From NCBI RefSeq assembly GCF_001447785.1, contig NW_015162488.1:646723-710722 (forward strand): a stretch of DNA of 64,000 nt. Direction: 5' to 3'. Position 1 is the first letter of the stretch. Each line of letters opens with the position of its first letter. The position numbers and the translations under genes were made by a program. Below the pieces are notes generated by a model, which worked only from the letters and a program-made list of their open reading frames with translations, was not told where the DNA came from and searched no databases. The stretch comes from Gekko japonicus. Taxonomy: Eukaryota. Below are positions 12,007-24,786 of the stretch, piece after piece.

Positions 12007-13423
12007 GTGACCTCAGCAGGGTATAATGACAGAGTCCACTGTTTTCTCCAGAGGAACTGATCTCTGCTCCCTGAAGAGTAGTTGTAATTTTGAGTGATCT
12101 GTAGCCCTCACCTGGAGATTGGCAACAATTGTTACCCAGGATGAAATGGCTGGTTTGGAGAGTGGAGTCTATGGCATTCTACCTGTCTGAGGTCCCACCC
12201 CTCCGCAAACCCCACCGTCTCCAGGCTCCACCCCTCAAATCCCCAGGAATTTGCCAGCCTGGAGTTGGCAACCCCATCTCCTTCCCAGCTAACCATCAAC
12301 CTACCATTATCTGCCCCTTTGACTTCAGCTGACTTCCGCCCTCCCTTCTGCAGAGCAATTGTAATTTTGAGTGGTCTCCAGCCCTCACCTGGAGATTGGC
12401 AACAATGGTTCCCCATGAGGGACTGAGTGGTTTGGAGGGTGGAGTCTATGGCATTGTACCTGTCTGAGGTCCCACCCCTCCTCAAACCTCACCCTCTTCA
12501 GGCTCCATCCCTCAAATCTCCAGGAATTTCCCATCGGGAGTTGGCAACCCTATCAGGATTGGCCCCAATATGTTTTCTCCCAAAGGCCAAAGTAGGTGAC
12601 TGGACCAAACTAAGTTGCCTACCATCAGGCACTGAGGGGAAAGTAGGGTTGCCAGCTATAAGGAGGGAAATACCTGGAGTGTTGGGGGGTAGATTCTGTA
12701 GAGGGCAGCATTGGGGGGCGGGCGGAAGGACTCAGCAGGTATAATGTCATAGGGTCTACCCTCCAAAGCATCCATTTTCTTCAGGGGAACTGATCTCTGT
12801 CATCTGGAGATCAATTGTAGCAGTGGGAGATCTCCAGGTCCCACCTGGAGATTGGCAACCCTAGGGGAAAGTCTGCTGCACAGCAGGGGGTTGAAGAGAA
12901 TGGTTTGATGGGTGCTGGGCCAAGATTGGCAACAATAGTTCCCCAGGAGCAAATAGCTGGGTTGGAGGGTGGAGTCTATGGCACTGTAACCTGTCTGAGG
13001 TCCCCCTCTCCGGCCTCCACTCCTCAAATCTCCAGGAATTTCCATACCTAAAGCTGGCAACTTTATTTCCTCCCCTCTCAGTAGCCTCTTATTTTGCCTT
13101 AAATTGGTTTTGATGTCAGCAGAGTGAGAAAATGCCAGAGGCTCTGGGTGGGTGCCCCATCGTAAATGCACCAAACAATTCCTAAAGATTTGCCAAAACA
13201 CTACTCTGTCAATAAATTGCAGCACTTTGAAGTAGCACCAGAGCTTTAAGAGCTCTCCAGCTGTCACCTGGAGACTGGCAACAGCTTGTTTGGAGGGTGG
13301 GGAGTATGGCATTGTATCTGTCTGAGGTCCCCCTCTTCCTCCTCCTCCTCCTCAGACCCCACCCTCAGCAGGCTTCATCCCCAAAATATCCTGGAAGTTT
13401 CCAACCTGGAGTTGGCAACCCTA
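12007..13423. repeat. Array of whole and half copies of a TAGGGTTGCCA-TIR hAT-type MITE in mixed orientation
   Basis: Repeated TTGGCAAC(CCTA) ends and GGAGTCTATGGCATT..CTGTCTGAGGTCCC blocks; one whole copy at about 12644-12863; free-standing relative at 27239. Confidence 0.75.
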
Positions 13424-13600
13424 TGTCCCCCCCAGCCTCTGCCTAGAGAAAGGGCAGTCTTTCCCTGCAGTGGGAACCAAAGCAGCTGTCATCATTCTCC
13501 TCTCCCCCTATGAGGTATGTTAAGGTTGAAAGTGTGTGAATGGTCCATAATCCCCCAGGCAGCTTTTAAAACATGATCCTGGGACCTACACACCACCAGA

Positions 13601-13794
13601 CATTCCAACTGCCTTGCGGGGGGGGGGAGTATGAGGTGTGGAATGGAGTGAAGTCCAATCAGCTTCTATATGCAAAAGACCTTGAAGGTTCCATATGCAA
13701 CTGATATTCCAACTGCCTTGCAGGGAGGGGGGTGAGTTTGAGGTGTGGAATGCAGTGAAGTCCAATCAGCTTCCATATGCAAAAGACCTTGAAA
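13601..13794. repeat. Tandem duplication, about 105-bp period, 2 copies
   Basis: ATTCCAACTGCCTTGC...TGAGGTGTGGAATG.AGTGAAGTCCAATCAGCTTC.ATATGCAAAAGACCTTGAA occurs twice. Confidence 0.9.
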
Positions 13795-16700
13795 CGCTGG
13801 GCAGGACTGCACAAAGCAGCCAGTCTTCTGACTGACAGTTCAAGCGTCCATACACTAACAGGGCGCATTTTAGAACTTTGGCACCCACTATTCAATTATA
13901 TATAAGGAGAGATTGGTTGCCAGTTTCTGATGGCGTAATATAGATAAGTCTTTGTGTTTAGCTGTGTCTGTCAGTTCAAAGTCACCACAGTGTACTTAAT
14001 GCTTTTTTTGGGGGGGTATAAAGAGATATATTATAATAGAAGAATAACTTAAGTGATGCTTCTGAAACGGTCTTAATAATGTCCGGTCCTCCATATGTTG
14101 AATAGTATGAACTAACATCAAGCTTGCGCAGTCTTCCGTATTAGAGACGTCATGGACTTCAGCCTTTTGTTAGCAACTAAATGACTGTGTTTTCAGAGCT
14201 CTTTTAAAAGTTGTTGTCAAAGAAACCAAATGTGGTGGTAATTGCTTTTGAAAACAGCTAGTTTGAGGGGCTCAAGTTGTTCTTAGCTGTTGTGCCATTA
14301 AGAGGAGAGGAATGTTTCAACTCCAACATGAAGGTTGTACTTTTATCCCTTGATGATGTATGTTTTGTTGTGATGCCAATAAAGGTAGCTGATGATGATG
14401 GGGTTCTGTTGTCCTTCAGCTTGCACTAGTAGACACCCCACTTGCAACTCAGGTCAGTTGCATGAGATCACCCAAGTCATGTGTGGTAGTCTGCTGCCTG
14501 GCATCTCAGAGACATTGCCTGCCCATTCCATATCCTAATTGTGACATGGCTAGGATGATCAGGATGATCAGGATGTTATACAACAGTCTGCATTGATCAC
14601 ATCTCCATTGATCATTGATCACATCTCTGGCAGCCAGTATGTCCTGTTACAAGATGATTATAAATTAATGTTATGTCCTCCCCCAAGGAAATAAAGATTT
14701 TCTTGCCTGTTTTCATTTAAGTTAAGAGTTGGGCCAGGTGAATGCTGTTTAAAGTTTTGGAATTGTAATGGTTGTTTTATTAAACAAAATTTTCATTCTT
14801 ATCTGAACTTCTGGCTGCAACAGAGGCAGCTTACTTTTTGGAGGGTCAATGGCACCTAACTTTATCTACATCAGCTTCTTTTACAAAAAACATTGATTGA
14901 CTGGCACATTGGTTCCTGGGGTGGGAGGGGAAAAGCTCACGCACATCTCTCATGAAATGTCTGATGGACTGTCTGTTTCTCTTCATACAACCTGTTTATA
15001 TGCCCAGCTGGGCTTATTTGAAGGGCAGAAAGGTGGTAAGTTTACATGAAGAGACAAGCAGACATAACGGAACTAATAATGAACAGGTAGCATCTTTCCA
15101 GATGCAGGTTATGTATATGCCTCGTGTAATCCAAAGGCAACCATCTCTCTCTCCCCCCCCCCCGAATGGTCCTTCCAATCTGTACAAAGGCTGCTAAAAG
15201 GTTGCTCCCCTCATCCAGAGAATGGGTTAGAATGGCATGGCATGTTCAAAAGCCAAGGATCATGACCTCTGTGGAAGAAGAGTGAAATAAAGGTAGAAAA
15301 TATTAGTGAAAATGAACTCTACAAATACTATTTCAAATAACATTTGAATGGCCTGGTGCCGTGTTTCTCTCTGCATTATTTAATGGATCCAGTACATTAT
15401 TCTCTTGTCATCTCCCAGTCTTTGTCATGAAGTATTTGAGGTAACAGAAACTGAGTGGGGGCGTGTGTGTTCTTCTCAAATCAAGGTGCACATAGTTGTA
15501 ACATGTACAGGATTTCCAACTGCCTGCTCCCAACTTGCCCCCTTCAATATTCCTGTTTGCCGCTAAATGGCGGCAGACGCCTCTATTCCATAGGCTCATC
15601 CTCCATCTCATACACCTGGCTGCTGATGGTGAACGGAAACTCTACAAAGATGAATCAGTCTGCTCTCAAAGTGAAGGAAATGGCGGAGAGGCTAGTGGGT
15701 AGGTAACTTGGTGGGGAGGGGGGAAGCTTATGCAATAAGTGCCGAGTTCTTTGAGAACCAGACCTCCGAAAAAGGCGAGGATGACGGCACTAAGTTTGCA
15801 CCTGAAATTTCACATTGCAATTACCTTGGAAGTTTAAAAATCTACAAGTTGACGCTTTTGCCTGGGGGGAGGGGAGGAATGATACCAGGGAAAGTGTATT
15901 GGGCAGCAAAAATTATAAATGAGTTAACGGTTTCAGTACCAAAAGAAGGTGATGAGTGTATTTAATGTAGTATAGTGACAAGAAAACATAACAAAACAGA
16001 GGGCCTGGAGTCTTTGGAAGGCTTTGGTAGGCAAACAAAAGCTGTACTTGGAGTAGCCCTAAGGGACAGCAGTAGGCCACTGTATGTGATATACTGAGCT
16101 TCAGAAGCACTTGGCGAACATCTGTGCTGTCTCCATGCAAGCCCAGGTATAAGGGCTTCTTTCATAGAGCCCTAGAGACATTCAGAAAGCAGTGGAGGCC
16201 CAGAATGATGTCATTGAGAGTGCTTGCCCTCTTATGAAACCTGGTCAGGTCTAATGGCCTGTATGCTACCACTCAGCAAAGTTTAAAGAAACGTCTTTCA
16301 ACTTACATGGTTCTTCTGCCAGAGGAAGTTGAAGGAAAGATCCTTATGCTTTACACTTGGTTGAGCGCAGTAGTAGAATACAGGCCAATGTCTCCCTGAC
16401 CTCATGGTCACTTGAGTGACACTTGGGAAGAACTAAAATGTAGTTTTGTTACCATTATATTTTAATGTTTAATTGTCTTATCTCTGTGATTGAACAGATA
16501 CATTGTATTTTAACCATTTTGGTCCTGAGTTGCCTTGGAGAAAGGCAGGCATATAAATATTTTAATAAGTAAATGAAAATATCTCATTGTTTTCAAAGTT
16601 TCTTTGAGGTTCAGGAGTGAGCCCCTGCCTTCTTCCAGGTTCTGGCAAAAGGCAGAGACTCTTGCTAAAATAGAAAGTGCACTTACCAGAGTTGAGCTGG

Positions 16701-17429
16701 TGTCTGCATTGTGTACTCCTGCTTGAAGCTTCACTTAAACGAATGTAAAGAAGGAATATGTTAAGGTATTAAATCAGTATTTTTCGCATCCTTTTTCTTT
16801 ATTTTCAAAACTACTTTCATAACACCTAACAATAAATGTACATATTTAAGTTGGCTCCCCATGTTATCAATTAGAAACCAGTACTAACTTGCAGAGACAA
16901 CACAGCAAACAGACACTTTCTGTAGAGGCATAAATGTACTTCTCTGTGAGAGTTTTTAGACTTTTTTTCACTGATGCTTAAAGTATAAGCCTTGGTGCTA
17001 GTTAGTTTCTTCACTAGTAAATATTTGCCAGTTTAATTGAAGCAGATTACATAAATAATCTGTTTTTCCTAGTAGTTGTAGATTTGTGTTTTTTTTAATT
17101 GAAAAGATACAGTGCAAAACTAGGTTTCAGCACAGTTTTCTGAGGAGCATTTTGTTAATGCTGTTGATCATGCTTATATACTTCCATTAGTTCTGAGTTG
17201 GCCCATCTCTTATGTGGTGCCTTTTTTCCCTCTTTATACTGACACATTGTTTTATTGTATCTTTTTCTATATTCTTTTCATTACTTTGTGCTGGAAATTG
17301 TGGATTAGATGGGATTTTTTAATATTGCATACACTTGTAAAACAATATTTGCAACAGTATAGTAGTTGTATCCCCCTACAGATGGGTAATGAGATTTCAT
17401 AGAAATCCAGAGGGTCAGAATGACAAACA

Positions 17430-17610
17430 CCAGTATGGTGTAGTGGACAGAGTGTCAGACTAGGATCTGGATACCTAGGTTTGAATTCCCTGCTCTGTCA
17501 TGGATGCTTGCTGGGTGACTTTGGGCCAGTCACACACACTCAAGTCTAACCTACCTCACAGGGTTGTTGTGAGGATAAAATGGAAAAGAGAATGATGCAA
17601 GCTGCTACAT
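17430..17610 (+). mobile_element. Older Squam3/MIR-like SINE
   Basis: CCAGTATGGTGTAGTGG head and AACCTACCTCACAGGGTTGTTGTGAGGATAAAAT core. Confidence 0.75.
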
Positions 17611-17820
17611 GAAGTAAACAATAGTAAATAATAATTAGTGCATATTTGTATTGTGACCATTGGTAGTGATCTAGTATTTAAGTTGTTATTTGTAAAAGTG
17701 TACTACTAATCTGTTAGTTAAATTACAAAATACGCTTTCTTGGCTGTAGAACTATTGGGATTTCTCTCATCCAATTTACAGACTACTTCTGACTAATTTT
17801 TTTATTTAATTTTTACATAG

Positions 17821-17966
17821 GTTGTTGAAGACTATGCTGGAAGATGGCAGGTTCCTTTACCGCAGCTTCAAGTGCTTCAGACAGCACTCTGTTGTTTCAC
17901 ATCTGCATGTGTATCATTCCCAGCTGAATGCGAGCATGTACAGTATGTGTTGAGTAGCCTAGCCTT
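17821..17966 (+). CDS. ZNF654: ZNF654 coding exon 2
   Basis: TTTTACATAG| VVEDYAGRWQVPLPQLQVLQTALCCF...QYVLSSLA |GTAAGT; 146 nt. Confidence 0.95.
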
Positions 17967-18916
17967 GTAAGTAAAACTGTCTTTCTATTAGAGTTCTGCA
18001 GTAACTTTTTGGGTAGCCCATACTTCTTGGAGAAATTCAAGTTCAAGGACAGTCTCCTATATTAATGTGCTGCAGACAAGATGACTTTGTGACATTTGAG
18101 TCAAACTGAATGCAGATTATTTTCAGGATTTAGGACCATAAGAATTAAAATATTAAAAATATATTTCTCATATATAGTCTCAACGCAGAGACACTTTTGA
18201 CCACCATTCAGCAGGATGGAAGAGAAATTATTTCTTGAAATGCTTGTACTCTGCTTCTTCTCTTTATTGTATATTACCCAGAAACAAGCCTATTGCTTCC
18301 CAAGTGTATGAAAAGGTTATTTCTAGAGGAACAGTCCCATAAGTAGCAATTTGTAACTAACCATGTGCTGCTGACATCGATTGATAAAGTTGGGATGAAC
18401 ACAAGTATCCTTAGATGCTCTTTCTCATAATCTTCCACTTGTTCGTTAATCTCTCGGAATAGTAGATTAGTACAATCACATTTTTTCCATGATTTTGAGG
18501 AAGAGGCGAAAATATTCTGGAAAAGGTTAAATTGGTCAGTATGTTGGCACAATTACTATTTATGGGAAACTGATATAGTACTAATGAAAACTACTGAAAT
18601 ATATTTTAATTTCTGGTAAGTAACTTTGCACTGATACTGGCTTAGATCCACTGGGGGTTCCTTGCGCAAGCGAAACTGTGAAAAAAAAACCCTCTCAGCT
18701 TTGCCACTTGCACTAAGTTAAACATAACATTTCCTGAATCAGTTCTTTGCCTGTGCAAGAAGTTGGGCAAGCAGTTTCTGAGTATTGTAAAATACAAGGT
18801 GAAAGCCATGTCTCTTCCATCCTGTTGGATAGTGGTTGAAAGTGTCTTTGTGCTGAGATTGAAATAATTTTGTATTCTGAATTCCTTTGGTTTCCAGGTC
18901 TGCCACCTCTGCCGAC

Positions 18917-19649
18917 TAGAGGTGTGCATTTGGTTTATCCAAGCTTGGGGGGAAATGCCAAAAAAACCACCATACGGGTATTTTTCAGGTATTTTAAGCT
19001 GAATACAGATAGAGAATCTGATTTGGCTACTGACATAGTTGAGCCCGAATAAAAGCTGGTATTATTTGGCTGGGGGGGGGGCACAGCTTGGAGAAGGCAT
19101 TTAAAGAGACTGCGGTTTCTTTAAATGCCTTCTGAGTTCACTAGCTGAGTTGCGCTGTGGCGGCGGTGTGCCTTGGAGAAGACATTTAAAGAGACCGTGG
19201 TCTCTTAAAATGCCTTCTGAGTTCACTTGCTGAGTCACGCTGCTGCTGTGGTGGCAGAGTTTGAAGAAGGCATTTAAAGAGGGTCTCTTGAAATGCCTTC
19301 TTCAAGTGGAGCAACAGTGAGTGAATTTAGAAGGCATTTAAAGAGGCTGTGGTCTCTTTAAATGCCTTCTGCCCATTGAAAGCAATGAAGGATGGGAGCA
19401 CCCCCAGCCCAATCTTTTTAAAACTTGGGGAGGGGGTTTGAGGAGAGATACCAAGACCTATGTTGCAAATTTGGTGCCTTGACCTCATAAAAGAGCCCCA
19501 AATACCCCAGATCTCTATTATATCCTATGGGGATGATTCCCATAGGGTATAATGGAGCCAAATAAATCCAAGTTTCTTGAATATTTACCGGAATCATAAT
19601 ACCATACCGATTTTGGGATTCAGCAATATTGGGAAAGTGCACACTGCTA
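18917..19649. mobile_element. hAT-type MITE with internal hairpin array
   Basis: TIRs TAGAGGTGTGCA / TGCACACTGCTA; 8-bp TSD CTGCCGAC (18909-18916) / CTGCCAAC (19650-19657). Confidence 0.75.
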
Positions 19650-21992
19650 CTGCCAACTGAAGATAATTTGCATTCAATTTGATTTGAATGTCACAAAGTC
19701 CAGAGCAAATAGAATTCTAAAATGCTGGAAGTGCAATCATATCACTTTTAAATACATATTGGCTAGCATAAAGATGTAAATTTCTGCAAAATTTGAAGCC
19801 ATGCAAAAAATATTTTTTCCCTTTTTTGTTCAGAAAAAAAATAGAAATCTGGGAGATATATGCAATACTTACTGTTATATCAAACCTAAACTAATTTTAG
19901 TGCTTTAACATAAAATGCATCATTTATAACTTAGTATATAAAATTGCAATATTTGACATACTTATTGAATTTAGGTACAAATGCCTTACTTTTGTACAGG
20001 CAGAACTGCAAACGTAGCCAGTACTTGATAGAAAACTAGAAGGTGATACATGTGGTTGCACAGGGTGTACCTGAATTTTTTCTATCTGGGTTTTCTATCT
20101 AGCTCAGTTCTCAGTGAAACTTTAAGAGTTTTCTCTTAGGCTTTGGTGCAGTTTCTGTCCCACTTCCTTCTGTTCTTTTTTCCCCACAGCAAGTTAGGGT
20201 AGTAAATTGCTTTTTGCCCATGCTCTGGGAAAATGTGTCACAGTGGTTTGAGGGAAAGGTGAAAAGGTCAACAACCACAGATCAGGTCATATGGAAAACT
20301 AAAGGTATGCAACAGCTGAAAATCAATGAAAGGCCTGCATGCTCCCCTTATGAAGATTCGGTATCCTTTTAAGTGCACGAACACATCTTGGATTTAAGAG
20401 CTGTATATGGCTACAGCATGCCTACTTTGTCTTTAAAAGCATTTTACTCATTCCAAAAAAAGAAAATATTTCATACGAGCTTTTTCAGTATTCTTCAAAA
20501 TTTCTAGTTTTTCCATTGGAAAAAAAAATGAAAAAAGGTGTTTGGAAAAATGGGGGAAATTGAGTTTTCTCCAAATTTTTGTGGCCCTCCCCCTGGGCCT
20601 TCACATCTCTAGGCCTGTATCTCTAGTCAATGCTTGGTATGTGCTTGGTTTGGAAGAATTACTAGCAACAGTTCCTTCCTAGCTGATGAGAGTCAACAAA
20701 GGAGAAATTTGACTAAGATGGTGCCTGGGATTATAGTCAAAGTAATAAAAAGCCTCAAATACCTTGCATTCAGATGACCCTGAATTTAAGATAAGCTTTT
20801 ATAATATTATGCGCACAAATTATCACTGAATATACCATAACTTTCATGTGAATGTAAGATGTTCCCTTCTATTTTTTTTATGGCATGCCTGGGGGGAAAA
20901 CGTAGTCTTGCATTTGAGTAAACACTTTATGTGTTTGGTCAGATCTTGATGTGGCTTCTCTAGGTTATTACTGCCCCACACATAAAGGTTCAAGGGAGAG
21001 TTACTGAGAGAAATACTTGTCTGCAGCTTCATGCAAACAATTAGGATGTTCTTGACTTTGTTTTCAGATGTAGTCCTAACACTGAGAGTGCACTTTTGAT
21101 TTTTGATTTAACTTTGCCTAGGGATCAATGGATATCCAAAGTATTAGTTTCAATACTTACAATCATGAGGTAGTTGTAGTTGACATCATTGTGGGGCCAG
21201 ATGGAGGCTTGTAAAACTGTTTGAATGATTTGTCTCATTCCTGGCAGGGAAGTTAAAAAAGGAGATGTTGTCATCCCTTTAGGATCTCCTATAAAAAGAT
21301 TCCTTTCATCCCATTCCTCTGTAGTATCAATTACACCTGTGGCAGTTGGAGTGGTACATCTTGGGAACCAGAGTTCAGTGACAGCAATTTGCCTCAAGTC
21401 CTGCAGTCTTGGTGCTTACCCATTTCTGTCCAGTATGGGGGATTGTATGGAGCTGAACTGACCCAAAATGTATCTAGGCAAGGTAGAGTTAATACTGTAT
21501 AAAGTCCTGTGATCTGGGAGAGGGTAGTGAACAAGGCATTAATTGTATATGCATACATATGCGTGTGTGTATATAACTCATCGCTTAGGTTTATAGTTTT
21601 GGGGTTTTCCTGGATTTATCACTGCACTTGAAATTTTAGGTTGCAGCAGTGTCCAGAAATGCATTTCAACTCTCCATATGGTGAGAATTTTATACTTTGT
21701 AACTTCAAAGGCAGAAGTTACTTCAAAGATAGAAGTTTAATATTGTGTGGAGCTGCACTAAAAGCTGTGTAGTTTCAACTGGTGGGGAATGTGGCTGCCC
21801 ACATCCTTATTGAGTAGTTCAGTGAAAGCCTATCATGCCAGTGGTCTAGTATAATATGGATGCAGCTATTACACAAAGGCAGTACACTGGTCTGCCATTT
21901 AGGGATTCTGTACTTTCTAAAGGGAAAAAAATGTGAAATAATTGGCAATCATTTTTGTTTCATGTCTGACTCCCAGTTGCTTTGATTTCTAG

Positions 21993-22074
21993 GAGTTTTT
22001 TTGAGTTGCTGCTGTTCTTTGGAAAGGATGAGTTCTATGAAGATCCTTTAAAAGACATTTTGGGATCAATTCAG
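21993..22074 (+). CDS. ZNF654: ZNF654 coding exon 3
   Basis: TTTCTAG| SFFELLLFFGKDEFYEDPLKDILGSIQ |GTAATT; 82 nt, restores phase 0. Confidence 0.95.
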
Positions 22075-23807
22075 GTAATTTCAGTTACTGTGACTGGGAA
22101 ACAGCATTGATTATTACCAGGGCTTTTTATCTGGAGTTCCAGAACCTCTTCAACAAAATTATTTTAAAAATGCTTAAAAGTTCATGAGTTTTCAGTATAC
22201 ACATTGAAACTTCATTTCCCTCTTGAGAGTTCTGGCTTCTCCCCCCTCCCCCAAAAGCTCTAATTATTACTATTATTTATGTGTTGGGAGGCAGTAAGTA
22301 ATCTTCCTGGTTGGTTAATCCTGACCATAGTCTAGCATTATAGTGTAATTTTGCCGAGGTTAAGGCTAAATGAATAGGAGGCTGCTTCTTAGTCCTGAAC
22401 CTGAGCTGCGCAAAGTTGGTGGTAAGAAGGTTTTGTTACTTCTCCTTGCCAGTGCTGTATAGGAGAATTTGGGGCGAGCAGTGGTGAATGTATGCCTCGT
22501 TGTACGAGTCACCTCTCTTTCCCACAAGGATTTTTGGTCATTTGCAGCTTAGAGTTTTTTGGGGAGGGCTTTTCTTCACATTATAATTCATACATCTCCC
22601 AGGACCATTAGGGCTGTATCATAAGGCACCCTTGCATGAATGGAAGGCACTTCTGCTTGTGCAAGGAGGGATCTGCATTGTTTGTGGATTTTTTGCTCAA
22701 GTTACAGTCTCCGTAAAATGTAGCTGCCACTGATGCTGACACCTTTTTTTTTTTAACGGTACAGGAGACTGTAGCAGACCAGATTAGCAGAAAGTATCTG
22801 TTTTTAAGTAGAGCTTTGTTCATAGATTTTTGGATCCCACTCTTAGCTTCCAAGTGATTAGAACTTTCAGTGACCCAATTGGGACGTGGGATATGGTTTG
22901 GGGGCACTTCCTGTCCTCCATGATCCTCCTAATCTTGTCCTCTCAGATGCTGTAAGTGATTAGGAGCTTGAGCAAGCAGCCTTTTTTCCCCACTACTTCA
23001 ACAGTCCCTTAAGCCAGTACTTAATTGCCCTCAGTGCTCTGTGGCTTCTGGGCTGCGGTGAACATCTTTTGTGATTGTCAGCCTGTTTTCTTTTTATAGT
23101 CAAAATATCAACCAATTAAATGCTAGGTTGTAGCCTTTTGAAAAGTAATTATTTTTTTCTGTGTGGATGGGAATCTTCCAGAAATTCCTACTTTGTGGGT
23201 AGCCTCATTTCAGTGCTTTATTGAGAAGCACAGACTACTATTAGTGATTGATGATAGCACTCTGTCAGTGCATGTGCTACTCTGTAGAGTTTTGTAAGCA
23301 AAATGTAAACACTAAACAGACCCATTTATCTATGGAGCTCCTAAAAGTAAGATTGTTTGATGTTAACTGTGTATGATTAATGCTGAACCTCAGGGGTAGG
23401 AAACTTTTCAGTCTGGGGGACTGGACTGTGAGATCAGTGCTTCCTTTGTCATTGGCCATGCATACTGGCTATGGAGCTGTCCCTCCCCACAACTAAGGAA
23501 ACTTTCCAGTGCTGCTGAAAGTGAAGTCTGCTAATCAATGATGGGGTGCTGAGAGTAGTGGTGGCCAGGCCACGAGCTCCTCTCCCCTATGGTAAGCACC
23601 TCTGTTAGGTGTGGTTAAATGGGAGTTTAAGAGTATCCTGACAAGGGCTAGATGTAGCACTCCAATTTCTAGTTGACTATTGGTCTCTGGGATATGACTT
23701 TGTAGATCTGGTTTCTAGTCACATTAGCGTATTAGATACTGTGTGTTTATTCACTAGAATAAAGCTTTTCTGTTTTGTAAAGCTGTTTAATATTATTTCT
23801 TTTATAG

Positions 23808-23943
23808 GAATGTCAGAACCTCTTAAATAGATATGGAAATGTTAACTTGGAGTTGGTGACCCGAATTATCAGAGATGGAGGACCTTGGGAAGATCCAGTA
23901 TTACAAGCTATTCTTAAAGCAAAGCCGGTTTCTCAGGAGTTAG
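23808..23943 (+). CDS. ZNF654: ZNF654 coding exon 4
   Basis: TTTTATAG| ECQNLLNRYGNVNLELVTRIIRDGGPWEDPVLQAILKAKPVSQEL |GTATTA; 136 nt. Confidence 0.95.
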
Positions 23944-24489
23944 GTATTAATTCTTTGATGTAAATAATGGAAAGAGTACCACAGTTACTAGCTTTGTATC
24001 TTAACTTCTTATTTCCTGGAGCTTGACGTACATGTCACAGAAGAGTCTGCTTCTGATTTTAGATATAAGACAGCTGGCCATTCTGGTTGTAATGTATCTT
24101 GCAGTATCACTTCATTGGCTGTGGGCTGCTTTCTTGGTAGCTGAGGGATATCGCAGCACTCTGAATCTGCCAGCTTGAATCTTTCTTACATCTGAAGTTC
24201 CTTGGTGATGAGTGGCTGCATCGTTGATGAATAATTTCAAATGTGATTGATTAGCCCCACGGTGGGATCCTGTCACCTGTTTTGTTTTACATATAGACAT
24301 GGCCCACTCAGGACTGTCATAGTTAAACGCAGCAGAACTATATTTGCCTTGCTCCACAGTCCTTTGCAATTTAATACTTACTAGGGAGAAATACCTTCAA
24401 ATAGATCCAATTCAGAACAGTCAGATATTCTGAGAAGATAGAAGTGGCATTCAGGGAGGCGCAGCTAGTTTAAGGATTCTGTTACTCCT

Positions 24490-24786
24490 CAGCTTGGTGT
24501 AGTGGTTAGGAGCGCGGACTCTAATCTGGGAGAACCAGGTTTGATTCCCCATTCTTCCACATGCAGTTGCTGGTGTGACCTTGAGTCAGTTACATGTTGT
24601 TTCAGAGCTGTTCTCTCACAGGCAGTTCTCGAACGAACTTTCTCAGCCCCACCTACCTCACAGGGTGTCTGTTGTGGGGAGGGGAATGGAAAGGAGATTC
24701 TAAGCTGCTCTGAGACTCCTTTGGGTAGTAAAAGGTGGGATATAAATCTAATCTCCTCCTCTTCCTCCTCCTCCTCCTCTTCTTCA
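24490..24786 (+). mobile_element. Squam3-like SINE, full length
   Basis: Same head and core as the copy at 11153; (TCC)n/(TTC)n tail. Confidence 0.88.

Larger units (their letters stand above)
11908..13912 (-). mobile_element. Non-autonomous Helitron carrying rearranged MITE fragments
   Basis: Minus-strand 5' end TCTCTCCTTATATATAA; 3' hairpin CCCGTTGT-N10-ACAACGGG (11920-11945) 8 nt before the terminal CTAG; inserted between A and T with no TSD. Confidence 0.7.

Noticed and set aside
19092-19370. CRISPR-like repeat-spacer array
   Set aside because: Eukaryotic intron, no cas genes, the first two spacers resemble each other, and the array lies inside a TIR/TSD-bounded MITE
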